NCBI GenBank assembly: GCA_039799225.1 | Contig: JBDLTF010000006.1 | Span: 1 to 59,326, forward strand | DNA: 59,326 nucleotides | Direction: 5' to 3' | Source: Candidatus Parcubacteria bacterium | GTDB taxonomy: Bacteria > Patescibacteriota > Minisyncoccia > Phycocordibacterales > PALSA-1337 | Part shown: in pieces, positions 9,536 to 17,792 of the stretch | How positions within the stretch are numbered: position 1 is the stretch's first letter | Layout: every line of letters begins with the position of its first letter | Notes under the pieces: model-generated | Told to the model about the DNA's origin: nothing | Seen by the model: only the letters and a program-made list of their open reading frames with translations | Databases searched by the model: none | Program-made: the position numbers and the translations under genes

Positions 9536-9690
9536 AACTTTTGTTTTGCTTTCTTTTCGTTGTACTGACTTTTGTTTACATACGTCCTGACCAAGGTCAT
9601 CCAGGGCCTCTAAATAATCAAAACGTACGAGAATACTTATCCGGAAATAAATGATACCACCTTTTAAAAATAGTGCAAGTACCCTGTTGA

Positions 9691-10959
9691 TTACTTGGGG
9701 AGAAGTGCGTTGAGGTCATAAATACTGCCTGCATTCCAGAGCATCCAGCTGTCGAGACTCGAGTCATATGTCGCATCAATCTGCTTGCGAACCATCTCTG
9801 GCGTATAGACCGCACCGAGGTCGAATGCTTGCAACCAGGGGCGCAATTTATTCTTGTCATGAGCCTTCTTGGTATAGAGCTGGGGTGTCGTCGATGCGAT
9901 AGGTTCCTCCCCGAGCCATGAGATGCGTGTCGTGGTCGCTTCCGCCTTGGCGATACCTGCAATAAGAGCTGCCGATATCACTTCGTACGGATACTGAGCT
10001 GGCTTGGCATATCCATTGAAACCTTTTCCATAGTGTGACGGATAAATCATCGGTGAGACATAGTCGAAATATTCGAGACCATACTCGAGAATCTGTCCGA
10101 TGCCGAGATCACCTTCAGCAGCAGTCGTGAGTCCGAAAAGATCGACTGATGTTGGTATGCCCGTGCCTTCGAACTTACTATGCACATAGCTGAAGAAATC
10201 TTTCATGACTTCGTGACGTGGCCTACCTCCTGCCCAGGTGTATGAAATATTCTCGAGATTTCCATCTGAGGGGAATCTAATGTAATCAAAATTGAGTTCA
10301 TCGAAACCAACTTCATATGATCCATTACCGATAGCAACAAGATAATCCCATACCGGTGTTGCTGCAGCATCGAGCCACTTCACACCCTTATAGTCTTGCC
10401 ATATGTTGCCCTCCTTGGTTTTCACTGCCCATTCTGGATGGATATTGATGAGATACGAGTCTTGGAATGAAGAAATGCGACCGATGACGTACACATTTTT
10501 GCTGTGCAATTCTTCAATGAACTCTTTGATATCTGGTATTCTCTTTTCTATAGCACCTGTCTCTATGATTGCTGGATCATCCATCTCGAAGCTGATGCGA
10601 CCAGTGTAGTCCTTCACATCAATCACCACTGAATTAATTTCTGTAGTATCAACAAGCTCGAAGAGGTGCTTCCTAAATTTCTGACTACCTGCGGCCCAGC
10701 TCGTCATATAGACTGCCTTAACTTGATCAGGTGTAGAAATATGAGTCGCCTTCCATACAGGAGTTGTAGAAGCCACTTCAGCAGGAATTACGGCGGCAGC
10801 GAGAGCAGCGTCGACGGGAGACTGGAGCGTAGCTGAATAATCAATACGTCCCAGAGGAATGAACCATGCGAGAGCAAAGATGGCGACGACGATGAGAAAT
10901 GCTGTCGTGATTACGATTGCAGAGCGAGTGGATCCGTACTCACGCCAGAGCCCGATCAT
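9691..10959 (-). CDS. membrane-anchored putative glycoside hydrolase, TIM-barrel type (COG1306/DUF4015-like)
   Basis: N-terminal TM helix. VKAVYMTSWAAGS...INSVVIDVKDYTGRISF is the pattern I associate with this family. Confidence 0.55.
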   Translation of the reverse strand: MIGLWREYGSTRSAIVITTAFLIVVAIFALAWFIPLGRIDYSATLQSPVDAALAAAVIPAEVASTTPVWKATHISTPDQVKAVYMTSWAAGSQKFRKHLFELVDTTEINSVVIDVKDYTGRISFEMDDPAIIETGAIEKRIPDIKEFIEELHSKNVYVIGRISSFQDSYLINIHPEWAVKTKEGNIWQDYKGVKWLDAAATPVWDYLVAIGNGSYEVGFDELNFDYIRFPSDGNLENISYTWAGGRPRHEVMKDFFSYVHSKFEGTGIPTSVDLFGLTTAAEGDLGIGQILEYGLEYFDYVSPMIYPSHYGKGFNGYAKPAQYPYEVISAALIAGIAKAEATTTRISWLGEEPIASTTPQLYTKKAHDKNKLRPWLQAFDLGAVYTPEMVRKQIDATYDSSLDSWMLWNAGSIYDLNALLPK

Positions 10960-11210
10960 GCGTTCATTTGTTGATCAATCTTGATAATAGTATCGGACGG
11001 AGCTTTCATATCCATTGACCTGTGCTCGACGAATGAGACTGAATTCTTGTTAACCTGAACTTTCTCTTTTGGCTTCGTGGCGACCGCTATCGTGACAATG
11101 AGTGCACCAGCGGCGACAGCGAAGACTTGCTTCCATGCGGGCGGAAATCCGAGGAATGTGAATACCATAACCCAAATGCCGAGAAGTATGAGGAGTTGTC
11201 TTTTTGACAT
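10956..11210 (-). CDS. small membrane protein (84 aa)
   Basis: MSKRQLLILLGIWVMVFTFLGFPPAWKQVFAVAAGALIVTIAV indicates two TM helices. Its stop overlaps the downstream start in an ATGA at 10956-10959. A TATACT -10 box lies 6 nt upstream of the ATG. Confidence 0.6.
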   Translation of the reverse strand: MSKRQLLILLGIWVMVFTFLGFPPAWKQVFAVAAGALIVTIAVATKPKEKVQVNKNSVSFVEHRSMDMKAPSDTIIKIDQQMNA

Positions 11211-11234
11211 GGCAACAGTATACAACATGATGCT

Positions 11235-11705
11235 ATGATAATGCCAGAAAACCTTAACAAAGGAATAGCTATGAGTAATCCGTTTACGACTGTTCCTCTC
11301 ATTGAGGAGCATTTCGAGCAATACAAAACAAAGGAAGGACTCTTCGTTGCACGAGTCTTCCAACGACCGCATTTCTGGTATGTCGGTGTTCTCAGATGTA
11401 GCACACTCAACCATGTAGATATCGTCGCTATCGAGTTCAAAAGCTCTATACGTTTCGAACGAGATGGCAAATGCGATCCATGGCTTGCATGTGACACCCT
11501 AATCAAACCCTCAATCGACCGTGCTGTACCCGGGACAAAAGACAAACAGCGCCGATTCGTACTCTCGGATGCAGCCAGGATTGTCCACTCAACTCTTACT
11601 GAAAACAGTGGAGTACTCGGTATTCAATATCTAGACGGATTCGCTCATCTCTCTTATCGTCCGCCTGATATCCAGTTCGTGCAAAAAATTCTTGGGATTC
11701 CATAA
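11235..11705 (+). CDS. hypothetical protein (156 aa)
   Basis: ORF with ATG at 11235 (alternatives at 11241 and 11271), followed by a hairpin terminator. Confidence 0.5.
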   Translation: MIMPENLNKGIAMSNPFTTVPLIEEHFEQYKTKEGLFVARVFQRPHFWYVGVLRCSTLNHVDIVAIEFKSSIRFERDGKCDPWLACDTLIKPSIDRAVPGTKDKQRRFVLSDAARIVHSTLTENSGVLGIQYLDGFAHLSYRPPDIQFVQKILGIP

Positions 11706-11707
11706 CA

Positions 11708-11740
11708 AGCCGCACATGTTCACATGCGCGGCTCTTTTGT
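11708..11740 (+). terminator. hairpin terminator
   Basis: AGCCGCACATG pairs with CATGCGCGGCT (one mismatch), followed by CTTTTGTT. Confidence 0.55.
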
Positions 11741-11745
11741 TGGAT

Positions 11746-12450
11746 TTATTTCTTCTCTGAAACCATCACCACAAACTCTCCTCTCACTTTGTCTGCATTG
11801 TCTTCGAAATATTTCTTCACCTCAGCTGCAGTTCCCTGCACAACTTCTTCAAATATCTTGGTGAGTTCACGACACACTGTCACTGTCTTTCCTGATGGAC
11901 CAACATATGTCTCCAACGATTCAAGTGTTTTCATAATACGATGAGGGGATTCATAGAACACCATCGTGCGTTCTGCGACAGTAATCTCCTTAAACAACGT
12001 CTCCCTCCCTTTTTTATGCGGCAAAAATCCCAAGAATGTGAAATCAGCACAGGGCACACCTGCGATAGAGAGTGCGCTCGCAAGTGCTGATGGTCCTGGT
12101 ATAGCTTCAATTTTAAGATCACCTGTTTTCAGTTGTTCAGCAAATTCGGCACGAAGTATTTGAACAAGATGCGATCCTGGGTCGGAAATTCCTGGGGTGC
12201 CAGCATCAGAGACCAGTGCCAAATTCTTTCCCTCCTTTATATGCGCAACAATATCTTCTGTGCGCGCCATGGCACTCTGTGCATGATATGAAAGTGTTGG
12301 CTTCGAAATAGAATAGTGGTCGAGAAGCCTCTTGGTCATGCGCGTATCCTCGCAGAGAATAAGATCCGCCTTCTTGAGCGTCTCCAGAGCTCGGAGCGTG
12401 ATGTCTCCAAGGTTGCCTATAGGCGTACCGATGACGGAAAAAGTGGTCAT
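11746..12450 (-). CDS. rsmI: 16S rRNA (cytidine1402-2'-O)-methyltransferase
   Basis: GTPIGNLGDITLRALETLKKADLILCEDTR and the length (234 aa) are typical of RsmI. Confidence 0.85.
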   Translation of the reverse strand: MTTFSVIGTPIGNLGDITLRALETLKKADLILCEDTRMTKRLLDHYSISKPTLSYHAQSAMARTEDIVAHIKEGKNLALVSDAGTPGISDPGSHLVQILRAEFAEQLKTGDLKIEAIPGPSALASALSIAGVPCADFTFLGFLPHKKGRETLFKEITVAERTMVFYESPHRIMKTLESLETYVGPSGKTVTVCRELTKIFEEVVQGTAAEVKKYFEDNADKVRGEFVVMVSEKK

Positions 12451-12524
12451 AGGAGCATACTAATACGAATCCGTCGATTATGCGAGCCGTTTTAATTTGA
12501 GACATTTTCTGCTAGATTAAACCT

Positions 12525-13733
12525 ATGTCATCAGAACGACCACTCACCTATGTCACCCGCGAGATAGAGCGCGCACTCGGGGCAGATCCCGTGGGCAATT
12601 ACTATATAGTGGCTGGCAAAACCCCCTATGGCGAGAAGATTGCCGCGCAATTCCCGGGACATGTCATGTTGATAGACGCGCCCGAGACACTCGGTACTCG
12701 CGAACTTATCGAACAAGCAGCAGCGAAGCGTATGATGCCTCCGAATACCGATACCATCGTTTTCAAAAATACTTCCCGCGTCGAAGAAGCTGCAACCAAG
12801 GCTGGCATCAAACTTCTCAATCCGAAGGCCTCACTCTCAGAAACAATTGAGAACAAGATGACTCAGGTCGAGTGGCTCGGTGATCTCGGCAAGAAATACC
12901 TTCCTCCACACGCCATCCTTCCTACCAAGAAGCTTACCTGGACTGGTGAACCATTCGTCCTACAATGGGCACATGGTCATACCGGTGGAGGCACCATACT
13001 CGTCAATTCCGAAGCAGAGCTCAAGGATCTCCAAGAGAAATTCCCTTTCCGTATGTCGCGTCGCAGTCTCTACATCAAAGGATCTTCATACACGGTAAAC
13101 GCTGTAGTTGCCACAAACAAGATTCTTGTCGGAAATGTGAGCTACCAAATCACTGGTATGGAACCATTCACCGATGGCATATTCACAACTGTCGGCAACG
13201 ACTGGTGCATCTCTCAGGATCTCTTGAGTGAAGACGAACTCGAGTATGTACGCACTATGGTCAATGATATCGGCATGAAGCTCAACGTGAGTGGTTGGCG
13301 CGGTCTCTATGGCGTCGACCTTATCCGTGATGAAGAGCGTGGCACCATCCACCTCATCGAGATCAATGCACGCCAACCAGCATCAACAACGTTCGAATCA
13401 TATCTACAAAAGGAAAATCGTATCGCAGGCGTCAAAGGCCTAACTACCTTCGAAGCTCACCTCAAGGCACTCAACAATGAACCTATCGAAGACGACCTCA
13501 TTCCAGTAAATGATGGTGCACAAATCATCCAGCGCATCACCAAAAAGGTGACTTCTGTCTCCGAAAGTTCAATCTCTGGACTTGAAACAGCCGGCTACAA
13601 TGTCATCTCTTATCCGAATTCTGGTCACAACGAGGATCTCCTCAGAATACAAGGTGCACGCGGTATCATGGAGAGACATGGCGTATTCAACGAGCGTGGT
13701 AAGGAAATTAGCGTAATTCTCGGAAAAAAATAA
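12525..13733 (+). CDS. ATP-grasp family ligase (specificity unknown)
   Basis: 402 aa. The central region ends in GVDLIRDEERGTIHLIEINARQP, typical of the ATP-grasp Mg/ATP site. I saw no Ddl-specific motifs. Confidence 0.65.
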   Translation: MSSERPLTYVTREIERALGADPVGNYYIVAGKTPYGEKIAAQFPGHVMLIDAPETLGTRELIEQAAAKRMMPPNTDTIVFKNTSRVEEAATKAGIKLLNPKASLSETIENKMTQVEWLGDLGKKYLPPHAILPTKKLTWTGEPFVLQWAHGHTGGGTILVNSEAELKDLQEKFPFRMSRRSLYIKGSSYTVNAVVATNKILVGNVSYQITGMEPFTDGIFTTVGNDWCISQDLLSEDELEYVRTMVNDIGMKLNVSGWRGLYGVDLIRDEERGTIHLIEINARQPASTTFESYLQKENRIAGVKGLTTFEAHLKALNNEPIEDDLIPVNDGAQIIQRITKKVTSVSESSISGLETAGYNVISYPNSGHNEDLLRIQGARGIMERHGVFNERGKEISVILGKK

Positions 13734-13735
13734 CT

Positions 13736-14506
13736 ATGGACACGAAGACTCTTTCGCAAAGCGCTCTGTCCGTCATCGATCACTATCTTCATTTCAAGAT
13801 AGGTTCAGTATTCTGTTCTGTCCCTTATTTCAATAACAAAACCAAGCTTTCTCGCCTCGCCTTGCGCGTAAATGTTGGCAAAGGAAGTCCTGAAGATATT
13901 CTCGATGATGTCCAGTCACTCATAGTGAAGTCTCATGTTGCAGTCGATTCTCTTACCTCTGAATCACTCAAGAAAGTACTCGTCGATCAAAACATTGGCA
14001 TCGACTGCTCTGGTTTCGCGTACTATATATTAAATGCAGAATCCCTCGAAACAAAAAAAACTCCGTTAAAGAAACGTCTCACATTTGTAAACTGTCGTAC
14101 CATTCTCGACAAAATCCGCTGCACACTCCGCCCTGTCGAGAACTGTGACGTTGTAACACTTGCCGATGATAGAAACAGCTCAGTCATCTCAATCAAAGAT
14201 GTTCTTCCTGGTGATTTCATCACTATGCTTAACAATCACGCTGAGGGTGAACGAGATCACATCCTCATGATCCACCATGTCGAGCATCGCGAACAGACAC
14301 CAACGAAGCTCCACTATTCTCATGCGGCAGCATATCCAGAAGATGGTATCTACGGCACCGGTATCAAACAAGGTGAAATCGACATCACAAACATGGATAA
14401 GGCTATCAACGAACAGACATGGATTGAGGGCGGCAACCAAGGTGATTCTAATCGTATCTATTTGAGAGCGCAGAAATCGAAAACAGAACTGAGGAGATTG
14501 AATTAG
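13736..14506 (+). CDS. cytoplasmic NlpC/P60-like (papain-fold) cysteine peptidase/amidase homologue
   Basis: GIDCSGFAYYIL (catalytic Cys context DCSGF) and GDFITML...DHILMIHHVEH (His context). No signal peptide. The ATG lies 2 nt after the ATP-grasp stop. Confidence 0.5.
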   Translation: MDTKTLSQSALSVIDHYLHFKIGSVFCSVPYFNNKTKLSRLALRVNVGKGSPEDILDDVQSLIVKSHVAVDSLTSESLKKVLVDQNIGIDCSGFAYYILNAESLETKKTPLKKRLTFVNCRTILDKIRCTLRPVENCDVVTLADDRNSSVISIKDVLPGDFITMLNNHAEGERDHILMIHHVEHREQTPTKLHYSHAAAYPEDGIYGTGIKQGEIDITNMDKAINEQTWIEGGNQGDSNRIYLRAQKSKTELRRLN

Positions 14507-14513
14507 TTTCAGA

Positions 14514-14631
14514 CCCACGGCAGGAGCAGCATGTGTGCTCTGCACGTGTCATGTTTCGTACTGAAAATTAAAGCTTATTTAAGCACCTAAGCATGACACG
14601 TGCAGAGCACACATGTCGCTCCTGCCGTGGG
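14514..14631. repeat. giant hairpin element A (40-nt inverted arms, 38-nt loop)
   Basis: Arm 14514-14553 is the reverse complement of 14592-14631, except for one A.C mismatch and one G.T wobble. It shares the AGCATGTGT and TCTGC cores with element B at 20395-20514. Confidence 0.9.
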
Positions 14632-14675
14632 GGTTTTGATTGAAAATAGGCCATTTTCATGGTATCGTAGTCCCC

Positions 14676-15803
14676 ATGATAACTTTCCTGGAAGGAACCG
14701 CAGATCTGGCCTATATCATGGGTTTTGCGCTTGTTGGCGCCGCTTTTGCCTATCTCTGGGCACCCCTCCTCACCAGAATCCTCTACAAATTCAACATCAT
14801 CAAGGGAGCAAAGACTGAGCTCGCAGCTCTCGGTTCCCATGCTTATAAAGCAAATACCCCAGTCATGGGAGGCCTCCTCATCGTCGTCACCGTAAGCATC
14901 CTCACTATTCTCTTCAACTGGAACCGTTCATTCACCTATGTCCCTATCGGCGTCATGCTCATCTCTGCCCTCCTCGGTGGTATCGACGACCTCATGAGCG
15001 TCTATGGTACCGAGCGCCGCTCACGCAAGATGGGTCATATCATGAACCTCATCCGCATCCACAATGACTGGAAAATGCGCCTCTGGTATACCATCACACT
15101 TCCGTGGAGTGCATTCAAGCGTCTCTCAGTCTGGTTCGGTTCACACACAAGGAAAGGTGTCTTCGTCCACGAGAAGCTCATCCTCCAATTCATCGCTGGT
15201 GTCGTCACTGCATGGTGGGTCTATACCAAGCTCGGTCCTGCATGGCACTATCTCTATATTCCTTTTGGCCCTGGCATCGATCTCTCATGGCTCGTTATCC
15301 CTATCGTCATCTTCATCGTGATGTTCACTGCCAACGCAGTTAATATCGCTGATGGTATGGATGGTCTCGCAGGTGGCATGCTTGTCACTACATTCAGTGC
15401 ACTCACTATCCTCTCGTGGATCAACGGTTTCGGTGAGGTCGCCATCCTCAATGCCACCACTACCGGAGCACTCGTTGCTTATACCTATTTCAATATCAAA
15501 CCTGCTCGATTCATGATGGGAGACGTTGGATCCCTCGGTGTCGGAGCTCTTCTCGCCGTCAACGCCATGGCCATCGGAGAGACCGTTGCTCTCTTCTTCC
15601 TCGGCTTCATGTTCTATATCGAAGCACTCTCTGTTGTCATTCAGGTTATTTCCAAATACACTCTCGGTCGCCGCGTCTTCCGCATGGCACCACTCCACCA
15701 TCACTTCGAACTCAAGGGTTGGAGCGAGGAGAAGACTGTGATGCGCTTCTGGGTCATCCATTTCATGTTCGTCATCTTCGGCTTCTGGCTCGCGCTTCAC
15801 TAA
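14676..15803 (+). CDS. mraY: phospho-N-acetylmuramoyl-pentapeptide transferase
   Basis: TPVMGGLLIV, NAVNIADGMDGLAGG and PLHHHFELKGW motifs. The ATG at 14676 is preferred over the TTG at 14640, which abuts the hairpin. Confidence 0.9.
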   Translation: MITFLEGTADLAYIMGFALVGAAFAYLWAPLLTRILYKFNIIKGAKTELAALGSHAYKANTPVMGGLLIVVTVSILTILFNWNRSFTYVPIGVMLISALLGGIDDLMSVYGTERRSRKMGHIMNLIRIHNDWKMRLWYTITLPWSAFKRLSVWFGSHTRKGVFVHEKLILQFIAGVVTAWWVYTKLGPAWHYLYIPFGPGIDLSWLVIPIVIFIVMFTANAVNIADGMDGLAGGMLVTTFSALTILSWINGFGEVAILNATTTGALVAYTYFNIKPARFMMGDVGSLGVGALLAVNAMAIGETVALFFLGFMFYIEALSVVIQVISKYTLGRRVFRMAPLHHHFELKGWSEEKTVMRFWVIHFMFVIFGFWLALH

Positions 15804-16460
15804 ATGAACTACCTCCACTGGGATGAACAAGTCATCACCGATTTTTCGGAGAAAAACATCTCTGATATGTATTCTCGCGGCTACGTCTTCACTCGCATAG
15901 GCAAAGGTGCCATGCATCAGACTCGTTCGGTACGCATCGACCTCTCTGCATTCGAACCTTCGAGTGAGAACAGACGCATTCTCAAGAAGATTGAACCTGT
16001 TACCCTTTCCATCAAAACACTTCCTTTTGCTGACTATGATTTCAAGCTCGGCAAACTCGCGAAGGATTTCTATGACACGAAGTTTGGCCCTGGCATCATG
16101 AGCGCAGTGAAGGTCAAAGAGATGTTGACTGACGGCACAAAAAGTAATTTCAATACTCTGCTCGCATACGCAGGCACCGATCCTCTCGGTTACTGCATTG
16201 CGTATACAAATGCTGACATGCTGCATTACTCCTATCCATTCTATGACTTGAATGTATCTCCGAAAGATATGGGTCTCGGCATGATGACGCTCGCTATAGA
16301 ACACGCCAAGAATGCCGGTCTCAAATACATCTATCTCGGCTCACTTCAGCGTCCAACGGATACCTACAAACTCCAATTCAAAGGCCTTGAATGGTTCGAT
16401 GGATCTACCTGGTCTTCTGACCTCGAAAAGGTACGTGAAATCCTCTCTACGGAGAAATAG
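15804..16460 (+). CDS. arginyl/leucyl-tRNA--protein transferase (ATE/Bpt)-like protein
   Basis: The N-terminal region YSRGYVFTRIGKGAMHQTRSVRIDLSAFEPSSENRRILKK parallels ATE_N but without its Cys residues. The C-terminal YIYLGSLQRPTDTYKLQFKGLEWF parallels the YLGYW...YK..F motif of ATE_C. The ATG directly abuts the mraY TAA. Confidence 0.55.
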   Translation: MNYLHWDEQVITDFSEKNISDMYSRGYVFTRIGKGAMHQTRSVRIDLSAFEPSSENRRILKKIEPVTLSIKTLPFADYDFKLGKLAKDFYDTKFGPGIMSAVKVKEMLTDGTKSNFNTLLAYAGTDPLGYCIAYTNADMLHYSYPFYDLNVSPKDMGLGMMTLAIEHAKNAGLKYIYLGSLQRPTDTYKLQFKGLEWFDGSTWSSDLEKVREILSTEK

Positions 16461-16589
16461 CCTTGTTTTACCTGAGAAACGCTGTCCACCAGGCATGAAA
16501 TAGGCCTGAACCTCTTTTATATGGCTTAAAGCCTATAAAAACTGTGTATATCTCCAAAATAGCCTTATTTTGAGGCCTATTCGAGGGTA

Positions 16590-16618
16590 TTGACAAATGC
16601 AGTTGTCTATGATAAGAT
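16590..16618 (+). promoter_or_regulatory. sigma70-type promoter of the metalloprotease gene
   Basis: TTGACA (16590-16595), 17-nt spacer, TAAGAT (16613-16618), with TG one base upstream of the -10 box. Confidence 0.6.
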
Positions 16619-16679
16619 ATATACAGGTTTGTTAGGGAACCAAGAAACCAAACAAAAAACTTTAAAAGCTCCTTGAATT

Positions 16680-17702
16680 ATGAAAAAACTATTGCTACTT
16701 CTGGTAGTGGCGCTTGTTTCCCTTTGCGGAATACAACGTGCCAGCTCACTGACTATCGTCAGAATCTTCACCGGAGGAACTCCTCCGACGAATAGCATCG
16801 GTGCGGGCAACCTCACCGACATCGTGAACGCCGCCTGCGATACGTGGGAACTGGCTATTCGCGATGAACACACCGTGACCCTATACTATGGCTGGGCACC
16901 TGTCGGTGGAGGTCAGCATGATCTCCTCACACAGTGCGGTACGCCAAATCGTGAGACTTCCGGTTCGCTGTTGTTCAACAATGACAACGACCCGAATCAT
17001 CTCCCGTGGTATCTGGATCCTACACCGTATTCATGCTCTGATGCCACGAACTATGTGGTGAAGACAGTGAATCTCGGCATGGGTCCAATCAATGCGGGGC
17101 GGAATTATCTCTACCCCTCCACATCAGACAAACACATCGACCTGTTCACCATCGCACTGCATGAGGTTGGCCACGCGCTCGGCATGAGCTTCGGCAACTT
17201 CAGCTTCATCGATGAATGCACTGACGGAGACATCGATGTAACGCAAGGGCCATGTGCATGGAGCATCATCCCGATGCAGACAAACTCCATAACCGGTCTG
17301 ACCACAAGTCACATTGAGTATATCGGAGATTGCGTCATGTCGGGTTCCTTCGTTCCAGGTTCACGGATGATGCCGACAGCAATCGATATCATCGCGTTGG
17401 CGCAATTGAGCAAGTTCACTCAGCTCAATCTCGACTTGGTTCCAGTGCTTACGATGGGTACGCCATACCAAGTCATTCATATGCAGGGAAAGAAGAAAAC
17501 GGTAACCATGGAAGCCAAGCTTTCCTGGATTCAACCGCTTCCTCTCCCTCCTGGTAAGACATGCGTCATCCAGACATGCACCAACCTGAGTCAGGGTACA
17601 TGGTCAAATCTCAATGCGACCATCGTCAACAATAACGGACAGTTCTGTGCAGCTGTAGACGTATCTGGTAGCCAGAAGTTCTTCAGACTAGTCACTCAAT
17701 AG
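16680..17702 (+). CDS. secreted zinc metalloprotease-like protein (HEXXH) with a C-terminal beta-rich domain
   Basis: Signal peptide MKKLLLLLVVALVSLCG. HEVGHALGM zinc site and a possible Met-turn CVMSG. The C-terminal tail is ...GTWSNLNATIVNNNGQFCAAVDVSGSQKFFRLVTQ. Confidence 0.65.
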   Translation: MKKLLLLLVVALVSLCGIQRASSLTIVRIFTGGTPPTNSIGAGNLTDIVNAACDTWELAIRDEHTVTLYYGWAPVGGGQHDLLTQCGTPNRETSGSLLFNNDNDPNHLPWYLDPTPYSCSDATNYVVKTVNLGMGPINAGRNYLYPSTSDKHIDLFTIALHEVGHALGMSFGNFSFIDECTDGDIDVTQGPCAWSIIPMQTNSITGLTTSHIEYIGDCVMSGSFVPGSRMMPTAIDIIALAQLSKFTQLNLDLVPVLTMGTPYQVIHMQGKKKTVTMEAKLSWIQPLPLPPGKTCVIQTCTNLSQGTWSNLNATIVNNNGQFCAAVDVSGSQKFFRLVTQ

Positions 17703-17714
17703 TCTATTCACATT

Positions 17715-17748
17715 TCCCTCACTGCGACAACGCGGTGAGGGATTTTTT
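17715..17748 (+). terminator. intrinsic terminator
   Basis: TCCCTCAC pairs with GTGAGGGA, followed by TTTTTT (17743-17748). Confidence 0.75.
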
Positions 17749-17792
17749 ATTACGCATTAGAAATTAGGCTGATTCTGCGCTATCATAGCCCC

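Noticed and set aside
14514-14631. The giant hairpins as CRISPR repeats, DGR template/variable repeats or retron ncRNA
   Set aside because: The arms are inverted, not direct, with a single unit per locus and no spacer periodicity. No cas or reverse-transcriptase gene is present in the window.
15285-16304. 339-aa ORF antisense to mraY and the ATE-like gene
   Set aside because: It is a shadow ORF opposite two well-supported genes. Its Asp/Glu/His-rich composition has no recognisable domain.
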